Of a DNA stretch of 64,000 nucleotides, positions 16,827-26,661 are shown piece by piece (within the stretch, counting starts at the first letter, position 1; each line of letters starts with the position of its first letter). The notes beneath the pieces were generated by a model. It saw nothing but the letters and a program-made list of their open reading frames with translations, searched no databases and had not been told where the DNA came from. The stretch spans positions 32,001 through 96,000 of IMG/VR virus record IMGVR_UViG_3300037487_001316; one strand, given 5' to 3'. The stretch comes from a virus. The position numbers and the translations under genes were made by a program.

Positions 16827-17498
16827 ATGACTATATTACCATCTGCCGTCTCATTAAGAAAATACATAGATTATGTTCAACCTCAAGAAAATGTAGGATG
16901 CTGTACATCATGTGCTGTCTTATTAGCCGCAGAAATTATATCAGCAATAGCAGGTCATAAGATAAATTTTTCCAGATTATACCTATATTATATGACTCGA
17001 AAAGCGCAGAATAGATTAGGTCAGCATGGTGCAGAATTAAAAGAGACATTAAATGCATTGGTAGAGAACGGAGTACCGTTAGATAAATCCTGGCCGTTTA
17101 CTTTGCATAGAGTCGATATAAGGCCGTCTCGAGCAGCCATGGAAGAGGCGATTTCGTATAGACAATTTTCCTATCAGATATTAACACCTGGTGATTATAA
17201 AAATTATCTGAATCTAGGTATTCCCATAATAATCGGGTTAAAGACAGGTAAACTTTTCTGGGAATTAAGTGGTGAACTTAGCGAGCAAGCATATAAACCG
17301 ATAAATAATAAAGATAACAGGGAATCTAATGGTCATGCTGTGACTATTATAGGGTATGATGATACTCTGAATGGCGGATCTTGGATTATAGCAAATTCTT
17401 TAGGATTAAGATGGGGTAGTCAAGGTTTCGGGGCTATACCTTATATATGCAACAATGATATATGTGAATCTTATGCTATTACCTATTTGCCAAAATAA
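16827..17498 (+). CDS. papain-like (C1A) cysteine peptidase
   Basis: Q..VGCCT, FSRLYLYY, GHAVTIIGYDD, IANSLG.RWG.QG. Confidence 0.88.
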   Translation: MTILPSAVSLRKYIDYVQPQENVGCCTSCAVLLAAEIISAIAGHKINFSRLYLYYMTRKAQNRLGQHGAELKETLNALVENGVPLDKSWPFTLHRVDIRPSRAAMEEAISYRQFSYQILTPGDYKNYLNLGIPIIIGLKTGKLFWELSGELSEQAYKPINNKDNRESNGHAVTIIGYDDTLNGGSWIIANSLGLRWGSQGFGAIPYICNNDICESYAITYLPK

Positions 17499-17561
17499 CC
17501 GCCGATAAAAAATTTCGGAAATTTGATAAATAGTATTAGCTTTTATAGCAGGAGAAAAAAG

Positions 17562-18179
17562 ATGGCAAATGCACAACCAACAATAGCCAAATTCGGTATA
17601 CCGTTAAATGGTAACAAACTTGGTATTTTACAACCTAAACAGAAATATCGTTTTAGAGTGATTTGGACAAATTTCGGTGAAAATAGAGACCCTAACCAAA
17701 TGACAGCCAGTGTAATGACTTGTACCCGTCCTAAAATTACATATGACGAAGTTAAATTAGATTCATATAATTCTGTAGCATGGATTCAGGGTAAACACAG
17801 TTTTGAAACAATTGAAATTAAATTACGTGACGATATTACAAACTCAGTAGTTTCCTCGGTCGGTGCTCAAGTTCAGAAACAAATGAATCACTTTGAACAG
17901 ACAAGCGCATCAGCAGGTATTAATTACAAGTTTAGTATGGAAATTCATTCGTTGGATGGTACAAATAACGAAGAACTAGAATCATGGTTCCTAGAAGGTT
18001 GCTGGATTAATTCGGCAGCATACAGCGATGGTGATTACGCTAGTGGAGATCCTCAAGAAGTTACATTAACAATTCGTTATGATAATGCAACAAATATTGC
18101 AGGTACTGATCAAGCATACGGTGGTACTGATCCATACCCAAGTACACCAAGCCCAACTGGTGGTACTACTTTCGCTTAA
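17562..18179 (+). CDS. tail tube protein (gp19-like)
   Basis: LQPKQKYRFRV, RPKITY, GKHSFETI.I.LRDD, W.LEGCW, LTIRYDNA; AGGAG SD before ATG 17562. Confidence 0.9.
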   Translation: MANAQPTIAKFGIPLNGNKLGILQPKQKYRFRVIWTNFGENRDPNQMTASVMTCTRPKITYDEVKLDSYNSVAWIQGKHSFETIEIKLRDDITNSVVSSVGAQVQKQMNHFEQTSASAGINYKFSMEIHSLDGTNNEELESWFLEGCWINSAAYSDGDYASGDPQEVTLTIRYDNATNIAGTDQAYGGTDPYPSTPSPTGGTTFA

Positions 18180-18202
18180 TTTCGAAAGTTTGGAGGTGGC
18201 TT

Positions 18203-19432
18203 ATGGCTAACTCGAGCGCAAATAATGGCGGGAAATTCTATTATGAAAAGAGTTCCCGCCATGCTTCTTATAATTTCAATCAATCAGGGCAATCTTTATT
18301 TGTAAATCAGCCTCGGTTTCCGTTTGAGTATTATATCAATATTAATTTGAATAATGTTACAACAGCAACTACGTTTATTTCTGAATTTTTTCTTCCTGAT
18401 GATCTAAAACAAATCATGCCACTTGTTAAGACTGTCGACATGCCAGCCTTTAAGATTGAAACTACGCCATTAAATCAGTATAACAGAAAACGATTGAGTC
18501 AGACAAAGATAGCATTTGAACCAGTTAAAATGGTATTTCATGATGTTGCCGATGGTAAGACCTTAAAATTCTGGGATATGTATTATAGATACTATTTTGC
18601 CGATGGTATTGAACCGGGTATGAATTACGATAAGCCGATTCCGCAAATTGGTGGAACTTACTATACAGAACCAACGGGTGCGGCCGGCGGCCAGAGTACA
18701 GCAGATTTTGCTGCTACAGACCCTAGAAGATTAGATCTAGCAAGTGGATCAGCGACAAATACAAACGGTGATAAGAAAGCACTTCAAAATATTGTATCAG
18801 ATACACTGGATAATCATAATTTTGGTTTTAATTTACCCACTGTGCAGAATGTAAGAAATTTAATTCAATCCATAGACATATATCAGGTACATGGCGGCCG
18901 TTTCAACCAAGTTACATTAGTAAATCCCAGAATCTCAGCATTCACACATGATGTATTAAATTATGCATCAAGTGATAAGACTCTTGAAATGACATTTGTG
19001 TTTGAATATGAATATGCATTTTATACAATACAAAATATGGAATTAGGTAATCCGGGTAATCAGTCAAATAACAATTCGACTATAGAGCAATTTGAGCATG
19101 GTAATTTTTTAGAATTACCCACACTTTCGTTTAAAAGATTTGATCCGGCTTATGTTGAATCAAAAAATCCTTCCCCAGCTTTTACTGCTAATTCTGGTTC
19201 ACAAAACATAGGAAATAATACGCAAGCTTCATTAAGTTCGGTGAAGAGTCAGTATGTAGATACAAATGTGCCAGTAAGAACAAGTTCTAGTTCGTTAGGT
19301 GGGATGGTAGATGTAACACCTGGCCCGGCTAACATACCGTTTACTCCTAATATACAGACTAGACCATTTAACTCTGAAGCAACACCTAATACAACAATGT
19401 ACCCCGATATGAATCGTATAGGCGGTGTATAA
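18203..19432 (+). CDS. tail tube-like / baseplate-tube junction protein
   Basis: VKTVDMP.F.IET..LNQYNRKR..QTKI.FEPV...FHD, LVNPRI..F.HD.L.Y; adjacent to the tube gene. Confidence 0.7.
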   Translation: MANSSANNGGKFYYEKSSRHASYNFNQSGQSLFVNQPRFPFEYYININLNNVTTATTFISEFFLPDDLKQIMPLVKTVDMPAFKIETTPLNQYNRKRLSQTKIAFEPVKMVFHDVADGKTLKFWDMYYRYYFADGIEPGMNYDKPIPQIGGTYYTEPTGAAGGQSTADFAATDPRRLDLASGSATNTNGDKKALQNIVSDTLDNHNFGFNLPTVQNVRNLIQSIDIYQVHGGRFNQVTLVNPRISAFTHDVLNYASSDKTLEMTFVFEYEYAFYTIQNMELGNPGNQSNNNSTIEQFEHGNFLELPTLSFKRFDPAYVESKNPSPAFTANSGSQNIGNNTQASLSSVKSQYVDTNVPVRTSSSSLGGMVDVTPGPANIPFTPNIQTRPFNSEATPNTTMYPDMNRIGGV

Positions 19433-19902
19433 TGGCTAATTCACTTTCGTCAATTGGCCGATTTAGTTCTCAGATGCTTACCTATCTGGGTACGCAAAGA
19501 ACTGTTAAGATAGTACCGGGCAGTATAGATAATACATTTAAGTATGCTACAGGAACCACTGTATTTCCTAACCCGGGTTCCATATCTCAAGCAGCATTAG
19601 GTGCAGGCGTTGTTGGCAATTATTCAGCGGCAACATATAATTCAACCAAGTGCTATTTTTTATCACGTGGTGCGACGCAGGTATATGCTGATACAATGAC
19701 CGGCTTAACAATAGATATAGCAAACATGTTGGGTATATCTACAGCAAATTTATTAGTACAATCCGAAGTTAATGGTGTAACGACATTGACACCCGATGCA
19801 TACAGATCTTTTAACATGCTCAGAGATACCGGTAATCAGGTAGGCACAGCTACTAGTGTTAATAATAGATACAGTCTCCAGTCTAGGCAAATAAGGTCTT
19901 AA
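19432..19902 (+). CDS. putative virion protein
   Basis: ORF translationally coupled within the structural operon. Confidence 0.6.
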   Translation: MANSLSSIGRFSSQMLTYLGTQRTVKIVPGSIDNTFKYATGTTVFPNPGSISQAALGAGVVGNYSAATYNSTKCYFLSRGATQVYADTMTGLTIDIANMLGISTANLLVQSEVNGVTTLTPDAYRSFNMLRDTGNQVGTATSVNNRYSLQSRQIRS

Positions 19903-20340
19903 ATGAGATCCTATGTACAAGGCCAGTATAAACCTATAAATCCTAACAAATATGTAGGGACTTATCCTATAATCTTTCGTTCTTCGTGGGAACATAAAGT
20001 TATGGTAATGTTTGATACAAACCCAAATATATCGAGTTGGGCAAGTGAATCCTTAAAAATCCCCTATCAAAATCCATTCACTGGTAAGTATACTGTGTAT
20101 GTGCCTGATTTTGTAGTTACTTATGTGGATGCTAAAGGTAATCAAAAAGCAGAGATTATTGAAGTAAAGCCAGCCAAGGAGACTTTCTTAGAACAAGCAA
20201 AGTCCCAACAGGCTAAGGCAGCGGTCGCATTGAATACTTTCAAGTGGGCAGCAGCACAAGCATTTGCGAAGCATCAGGGCATGACGTTCAGGGTTATGAA
20301 CGAAGGTAATATTTTTAATAACCCGAAAGGTAGAGCCTGA
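19903..20340 (+). CDS. head completion nuclease (gp4-like, TnsA fold)
   Basis: QGQYKP.NP.KY.G, FRSSWE, WASE...IPY, YVPDF, IEVKP, KW.AA. Confidence 0.92.
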   Translation: MRSYVQGQYKPINPNKYVGTYPIIFRSSWEHKVMVMFDTNPNISSWASESLKIPYQNPFTGKYTVYVPDFVVTYVDAKGNQKAEIIEVKPAKETFLEQAKSQQAKAAVALNTFKWAAAQAFAKHQGMTFRVMNEGNIFNNPKGRA

Positions 20341-20846
20341 TGACTAAGAAAATGGAAGATTTTTTCAACTTACCTCCCACTGAAAAGCCGGCGGTGGAAG
20401 AAGAGTTGCCTACAAAATCTAGAGAGCAACTAATGATCGAAGCTACTGAAATTAATAACGCACTTACTACTGCAGAAAAGATAGATTTCGCATTACCCGT
20501 GGTTGTCGGCCTCGAATCGCACGATAACGAGATGGATGAAGTTGCTAAACGTGCGATGGCAAAATTTGAGGATCTTTGCGATTTAGGCGGTAATGTACCT
20601 GACATGCACGCTGGGAAGATCTTTGAAGTAGCGGCACAATTTCTTAAGATAGCAGCAGATTCTAAGATATCTAAAGCAGATAAGAAATTAAAGATGATTG
20701 ATCTTCAACTCAAGAAAGTTCGTTCAGAACAAATAGATTTAGAACAGGGCAACGGTGATAAACGTCAACTAGGTGGCGGAGAATTCGATAGAAACGAACT
20801 TCTAAAATATATAGTGTCCAGTAAATCAGAAAACTCTGATAAATAG
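20340..20846 (+). CDS. hypothetical protein, possible terminase small subunit
   Basis: Helical/coiled-coil 168 aa with IFEVA..FLK.A and DRNELLK; position near the terminase; function inferred only. Confidence 0.45.
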   Translation: MTKKMEDFFNLPPTEKPAVEEELPTKSREQLMIEATEINNALTTAEKIDFALPVVVGLESHDNEMDEVAKRAMAKFEDLCDLGGNVPDMHAGKIFEVAAQFLKIAADSKISKADKKLKMIDLQLKKVRSEQIDLEQGNGDKRQLGGGEFDRNELLKYIVSSKSENSDK

Positions 20847-20867
20847 TCGTAACACTGGAGTCACTAT

Positions 20868-21533
20868 ATGGCAGAAAAGAAATCATTTACCTCATATGTT
20901 GCAGATGCAAAGACAGACTATAATTATGTCTTGAAATTTGCAGTGCATGAAATGACCGACGACATGATTGATATGCTCGAATCGTGCTTAAAGAAATACG
21001 ATCTAAAATCAGCATCCTCGTTTAGAAAAACACCTATACAAGAAAGTCCGCTAGATTTTCCTAATATAAAAAATACAGCCGTATTTATTTGTGATTTAAA
21101 GCTTGGCTATCCCGGCTCACTAGATTTCCTTAGAACTTATATCTGTAATAATTTGGGAATTTCCCCACAGCAATTAGCTGTATATTCTGAAAACGATCCA
21201 CGTCAAATTGAGACAGATTTATACCTAGATAGAAATTCTCCAGAATACAAGAAGAAATATAAAACACGCCTTGGCAGCGATCCAGATGATACTGAAACAG
21301 TACCATATGGTGCAGCATATAACACTGATTTCCTAAAGGCTCTTGATAAAGTTAGCAAGGAACGTCAGTCCACAATAGTAATAAATCCGTTAAGTCCAGC
21401 AGAGACAATCGATCATACTACCTTAACAAAGGGGTATGATAGTTTCAATGATCCTAAGAATTTAAAGAAAGACGATTTAGGACTGTTCGGCCGTGTTAAA
21501 AAGCCTAGTCTAACTAGAGCAGGAGTCCTATAA
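20868..21533 (+). CDS. putative virion/head protein
   Basis: Late promoter at 20838, GGAG SD; KTPIQESPLDFP. Confidence 0.65.
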   Translation: MAEKKSFTSYVADAKTDYNYVLKFAVHEMTDDMIDMLESCLKKYDLKSASSFRKTPIQESPLDFPNIKNTAVFICDLKLGYPGSLDFLRTYICNNLGISPQQLAVYSENDPRQIETDLYLDRNSPEYKKKYKTRLGSDPDDTETVPYGAAYNTDFLKALDKVSKERQSTIVINPLSPAETIDHTTLTKGYDSFNDPKNLKKDDLGLFGRVKKPSLTRAGVL

Positions 21534-23107
21534 TGAATTTACAAAGAATGAAACAATTAGCCGGTATTAAGCTTAACGAAGGTGTTGTAGCTATTCCCGG
21601 CGTCGGTCAAGGCAGTGAGTCTAACATGCAAACCGCTGGGACAGTGGGGCGCAATCAAGCTTATGCAGCATACGATGCATCACAGCAACTTGATGAGCTA
21701 GTACGAGTAGGCTCAAATATAGATCCGAAGTCCGGTCGAGTTGCCCCCGACAATGCTGAAGGAAATCCTGATCTGTATAGAAAAAGTAAAGGAACTCAAG
21801 ACTCCAGGACTTGGCGCGATTCTACAGCAAGTGCTATGCGGGCCGCCCGAAAAAATCCTGCAAATAAAGGGGTAAAAGCAGATCAAGAAGGCTATACTTC
21901 TATGAAGTCGGGACAGGATGCTCTAGGAAATTCAAGGAAATTTTCTGACCGGCCTGAAGTACAACTGTCGGTACATCGACGCCCGAGTATGGAGAGTAAA
22001 ACACTAGATGAAAAATCTACCTCTGAAAAACAAGCAAGATTTATGGCTGCCGCAGCACATAATCCTGCATTTGCTAAAAGAGCAGGAATAGATGCAGGCG
22101 TAGCAAAAGAATTCAACAAGGCCGATACTGGCACCTCACAACTTAGTAATGCTATGAAACATAAGACAGAAGAGGGTCTAGGACAGTGGGTTAAAGATAA
22201 GGCTCGTGAAGTATTTAATACTCCTGATAAAAATGGAAATGTAAATTGGTCTAACGGTATGGGTAAGACTACTAAAGCACCTGGAGTAACTCAAGATAAA
22301 TTATCAAAGAATCCTATTAGTCCTGATAGAATGAGCGAAGAAGTAAAGAAGAGCGAGATTCCTGCAGTTCAGCGAAAGGCTGCACAACCGCAGGGGAATT
22401 GGAATATGTCGACTGCTGATTTGAAGCAAGAAAATCCATCAAATAAAGAATGGATGGATCAACGTGCTCAGCAAGTTGGTATTAAACCACGTACTCAAGC
22501 AGATGAGGGTGAAATGTTTCACCCAGATCATGATGCTGTGCATGGTGCAATGTCTGATTCGGATTATAATCAACATCAAGAAATGCAGCAGGATGCACGT
22601 GATGCATTTAACGACTATGTAAGAGGATATCTAACACAGCATTATTCAGCTGATTCTAGATTTTCCGATGACGAAGTTAGCGAGGTGGCCGCTGCTATGG
22701 GTTGTGATGAAGGCGAAGTATGGCAGGCTATGGAAGATATGGGCTTATTAGATGGCAGTGATAGCGAACCCGGTGAAGGCGGCCCTGACAATTATATGGA
22801 TGATGCCGAAGCCTTAGCAAGTGCTGGTCATGGATCTGATGAAGATTACGGCGATTACGGCAATGATGAATTTGAAGAAGCATTAGATTTAAATAATGGC
22901 TACGGTGGCACTAAAGCTGATGGTGAAGATTTCTTCCCTGATGGTGCAGATAGTCCTGTTGTAGATAATGTTGGACCGTCAGGTTCCCGTCAGGGCGATA
23001 ATCCAGAGCAGAAGAAGATGCAGGTTGCAGAAGTTCATAAAGAATTAGTCTATGGTTACAGAAATTATCTAAAAGAATCGGCCTTAACAGCCAAAAAAAA
23101 AAGTTAA
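21533..23107 (+). CDS. modular acidic head-internal/prohead-core-like protein
   Basis: RMKQLAGI motif and repeated [LMT]xE sites (LNE, LDE, SME, MSE); ends in an A10 run. Confidence 0.7.
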   Translation: MNLQRMKQLAGIKLNEGVVAIPGVGQGSESNMQTAGTVGRNQAYAAYDASQQLDELVRVGSNIDPKSGRVAPDNAEGNPDLYRKSKGTQDSRTWRDSTASAMRAARKNPANKGVKADQEGYTSMKSGQDALGNSRKFSDRPEVQLSVHRRPSMESKTLDEKSTSEKQARFMAAAAHNPAFAKRAGIDAGVAKEFNKADTGTSQLSNAMKHKTEEGLGQWVKDKAREVFNTPDKNGNVNWSNGMGKTTKAPGVTQDKLSKNPISPDRMSEEVKKSEIPAVQRKAAQPQGNWNMSTADLKQENPSNKEWMDQRAQQVGIKPRTQADEGEMFHPDHDAVHGAMSDSDYNQHQEMQQDARDAFNDYVRGYLTQHYSADSRFSDDEVSEVAAAMGCDEGEVWQAMEDMGLLDGSDSEPGEGGPDNYMDDAEALASAGHGSDEDYGDYGNDEFEEALDLNNGYGGTKADGEDFFPDGADSPVVDNVGPSGSRQGDNPEQKKMQVAEVHKELVYGYRNYLKESALTAKKKS

Positions 23108-23604
23108 ATGAAAATCAACAGGTCTCTGATATATCTATAAACGATTATTACGGAGACTTTAATGTTTCTACTGACAGTATTGACTACGATAGTACTATTA
23201 GCGTGGCAGGAAAAGCATTAGATAGGGAAGGTAATGTTGCAGAGATCGGGTTTGATCTTGATATTGTAGCATCAGCAGGTTGGGAATGGGAACAAGACGA
23301 AAGTCCTACAGGATGGAATTATAAGTCCGATTCTCCAACATATACCACTACTACTTTTGCGTCAGTTAATACACCTGTGGTAAGTTCAGTATCATTCTCC
23401 CCAGAACAAGATTTCACTATAAACGGCGAATCTCATTCTATTCGCAATGCACAGAAGTATATAGATCCTACTGTTCTTAAACAATTACTAAATCCTGTAT
23501 TATATGCGAAGCTAATGGGTTCTGCATTTGAAAAAGAAGCCGAGAATATGGAACAGCCGGAACCAGATTTTGATGAGCCGGATTATAGTAGGGATGAATA
23601 TTAA
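23101..23604 (+). CDS. probable -1 frameshift extension of the 21533 ORF (ORF track starts it at GTG 23203)
   Basis: -1 frame is open through the A10 run (KLNENQQVSDIS...); no SD before GTG 23203. Confidence 0.55.
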   Translation, partial: KLNENQQVSDISINDYYGDFNVSTDSIDYDSTISVAGKALDREGNVAEIGFDLDIVASAGWEWEQDESPTGWNYKSDSPTYTTTTFASVNTPVVSSVSFSPEQDFTINGESHSIRNAQKYIDPTVLKQLLNPVLYAKLMGSAFEKEAENMEQPEPDFDEPDYSRDEY

Positions 23605-23606
23605 TC

Positions 23607-25181
23607 ATGGCAATATATCAAGATGATACGCTTGTAAAGCGTGCTCATAAGAAACTTCATTATACAAAAGAACAAACAGATGAATTAAGACGTTGTCTTG
23701 ATCCTATCTCTGGACCCGAATATTTCATAACAAATTTTATGTATATTCAGCATCCGACACAAGGTAGACAAAAATTAGCATTATATCCGTTCCAGATAGA
23801 ACTGATTCATACATACCATACATATAGAAAATCTGTAAACATGGTTAGTCGTCAGATGGGTAAAACCACTGTAGCTGCAGGATATCTTCTATGGTTTGCT
23901 ATGTTTAATGAAGATTCGACTATCCTTATCGCATCTAACAAATATGATGGTGCCCAAGAAATTATGCACAGAGTTCGTTATGCGTATGAATCTATACCAG
24001 ACCATATTCGTGCAGGTGTAAAGACTTATAATAAACGCTCTATTGACTTTGACAATAATTCTCGTATTGTAGCAACGACTACCACAGAAAATACAGGTCG
24101 AGGCATGTCCTTATCGCTTGTTTATCTAGATGAGTTTGCATTCGTTGAACCAAATATAGCGAAAGAATTCTGGACTTCTTTATCTCCTACATTATCAACA
24201 GGTGGTAAATGTATTATCACATCAACACCTAACACTGACGAAGATCAGTTTGCTGATATATGGTTTGGGGCGAATAAGCTAGTTGATGCAAATGGAAACG
24301 AAACAATAATCGGTGTGAACGGTTTTAGACCGTACATGTCAACATGGGAAGCTCACCCAGATCGTGATCAAGCATGGGCAGATTCAGAATTTGCAGCACT
24401 AGGCGAAGATAGATTCCTACGAGAACATAAGTGTCAATTCATTACATTTGAAGAAACCCTTATTAATCCTGTTAAACTTGCTCAACTTGAACCATCTCAA
24501 CCTATAAGAAAATCGGGTCAAGTTCGTTGGTATTCTGATATTCGCCCTCATATGACCTATGTTGTTTCTTTAGATCCTTCTATGGGTACCGGCGGCGATA
24601 ACTCTGCAATTCAGGTATTGGAATTACCTTCATTGGTACAGGTAGCCGAATGGAGCAGTAATAAGACTCCTATTGAAGAACAAGTAAGAACAATGAAGCG
24701 TATCTTAGAAGAATTATATGAAGCAGGTAAACCCGAAATATACTGGTCTGTTGAAAGTAATTCTTTAGGTGAAGCCGCCCTGGTTGTTATTCGAGATACA
24801 GGTGAAGAAAACTTCCCCGGTACTATGTTGCACGATCCTAAGAATAGATTGCAAGGTAGAACAGGTCGTAGAGCAGGGTTTGTTACAACAAATAAATCAA
24901 AATTAGAAGCATGTGCTAAATTAAAATTCCTTATAGAATCTAACAAAATGAAAATAAATTCGAGAGGGTTACTATCAGAACTTAAGGTATTTGTTTCTAG
25001 GGGAAACACCTTTGAGGCTAGAATTGGCCAGACAGATGATTTAATTATGGCAATGATATTAGCGATAAGAATGACAGATTATATTTCGACCTGGGATGAT
25101 AAATCGCAGGCAGCAATTAATAGTAATGTTGGTTCGAATAATGATTCTAGTTTCTTATCACCCATGCCGATATGCATCTAA
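23607..25181 (+). CDS. terminase large subunit (gp17-like)
   Basis: LYPFQ, SRQMGKTT, VYLDEFAFV, ITSTPN, SLDPSMGTGGD, DDLIMA. Confidence 0.95.
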   Translation: MAIYQDDTLVKRAHKKLHYTKEQTDELRRCLDPISGPEYFITNFMYIQHPTQGRQKLALYPFQIELIHTYHTYRKSVNMVSRQMGKTTVAAGYLLWFAMFNEDSTILIASNKYDGAQEIMHRVRYAYESIPDHIRAGVKTYNKRSIDFDNNSRIVATTTTENTGRGMSLSLVYLDEFAFVEPNIAKEFWTSLSPTLSTGGKCIITSTPNTDEDQFADIWFGANKLVDANGNETIIGVNGFRPYMSTWEAHPDRDQAWADSEFAALGEDRFLREHKCQFITFEETLINPVKLAQLEPSQPIRKSGQVRWYSDIRPHMTYVVSLDPSMGTGGDNSAIQVLELPSLVQVAEWSSNKTPIEEQVRTMKRILEELYEAGKPEIYWSVESNSLGEAALVVIRDTGEENFPGTMLHDPKNRLQGRTGRRAGFVTTNKSKLEACAKLKFLIESNKMKINSRGLLSELKVFVSRGNTFEARIGQTDDLIMAMILAIRMTDYISTWDDKSQAAINSNVGSNNDSSFLSPMPICI

Positions 25182-25220
25182 CGGACAGATAAGATAAATA
25201 AGAGAAACAAGGATTTGTAT

Positions 25221-26510
25221 ATGGTAGAGATGGATGATATGGCAGGGAAGATATTTGCATTGCTAAAAGGTAATAATTTTCAAATTAAAATCTTTGATGG
25301 CGAAGGTGCAGAAACTACAGACCCAAAAACTGGTCGTCGATTCTTTGTGGTCGATCCCAACATAATGGTAACCATTAACGAACCATCAGACGAGAACAGC
25401 GGTAATATAGAGTTCAGCAAAGGGTCTTCTGTGGATGATTCTGTGGATTCATTACAAGATAATATTCGTAAGATAGCAGACGAATTCCAATTAAATGCAA
25501 ATATTAAAGTCTTTGGTAAAACTATTCAACCAAGAGATTATGCCTATCAGGCGAAGATGAAAAAGGAAACTAACATGAATACACTGGCCGAAAGTTTAAG
25601 CAGGATGTTTGGCTCTGCAAGAACATCACAACAGACTCTTGAGAATGTTAGAATTCTGGTGAAGCATAAAACAGCAGTTGACGAAAATGTTCGCGGATCT
25701 CGTTCACGCCATATAAGCGCAATTTTCCTAGAATGCAATGGTGAACGTATTCGTTTCCCACATAACTATCTACCCGGCGCAAGAGCAGGGGCACAACATA
25801 TGGCACACGGTGGATCCATGAGCGATAAAGTTGGTGCATATATAATTGAAAGCACAGGTCAACTTCTAACACTTCAGTCGTTTAATCGTTATGTGACTAC
25901 AAACAAACTTATTAACGAAGATAGTTCGAGTATTGTTGATACAGTTAAAGAAAATATCGAAACACTTCGTACTGAATTAAAGAAACTCACAGGTTCGAAG
26001 ACCTATGAAACAGTTAAGGCACGCTTAGAAACATTTGAGCGTGAACCACTTGCTGAAGATGATACAAGTCAATTAAAGGAACTTTTTACTATTCGTCGCT
26101 TCGATGAAAAGTTTGAAGGAGTATTACCTATCATTAAACAACTTGTTCAAGAGAAAGATACCTTCCATAAACGCATTGAAGAAGCTGCCGGGAATATTAT
26201 CTTGCTTCGTCGTGAGGCACTAAGTACAACACCGATGTTTGAGTTCGCGAGCGATAATGCTCGTATTGGATTTAAACTAAATGAATTTGCATTGCGTATT
26301 ATAGAAAATGATGAGCTATCTAGTTTTGTTAATAAGATTGGTACAAAATTATGTAAAGAGGGTATGGTAAACGATTTCGAACGTGCTGTACTTAAACAAG
26401 TTTTAGAAAATGCTAAGATAGTGGAAAAGGCTGTCGAAGCTAGGAAAGATATCAAAGAAACAACCGACCTGACTGCTTACTTTGATAAATATGATTACAA
26501 CTTCTTTTAA
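25221..26510 (+). CDS. putative virion protein
   Basis: Late promoter at 25193; internal LAE/INE/IKE sites. Confidence 0.65.
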   Translation: MVEMDDMAGKIFALLKGNNFQIKIFDGEGAETTDPKTGRRFFVVDPNIMVTINEPSDENSGNIEFSKGSSVDDSVDSLQDNIRKIADEFQLNANIKVFGKTIQPRDYAYQAKMKKETNMNTLAESLSRMFGSARTSQQTLENVRILVKHKTAVDENVRGSRSRHISAIFLECNGERIRFPHNYLPGARAGAQHMAHGGSMSDKVGAYIIESTGQLLTLQSFNRYVTTNKLINEDSSSIVDTVKENIETLRTELKKLTGSKTYETVKARLETFEREPLAEDDTSQLKELFTIRRFDEKFEGVLPIIKQLVQEKDTFHKRIEEAAGNIILLRREALSTTPMFEFASDNARIGFKLNEFALRIIENDELSSFVNKIGTKLCKEGMVNDFERAVLKQVLENAKIVEKAVEARKDIKETTDLTAYFDKYDYNFF

Positions 26511-26517
26511 GAAGTTC

Positions 26518-26546
26518 TTGACAAACACACAAGGTTTTCGTACACT
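26518..26546 (+). promoter_or_regulatory. sigma70-like promoter for the replication operon
   Basis: TTGACA-17bp-TACACT. Confidence 0.65.
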
Positions 26547-26661
26547 AACTACATACGAAGACCTTAGCAGGTAAGATGCGAAAGGGCCTAACGTGACCCG
26601 AGTAGATCGTAGTTCAAATAAAAGCGTTTAAATTTTAACCAAAGCATAGGAAATAAAAATC

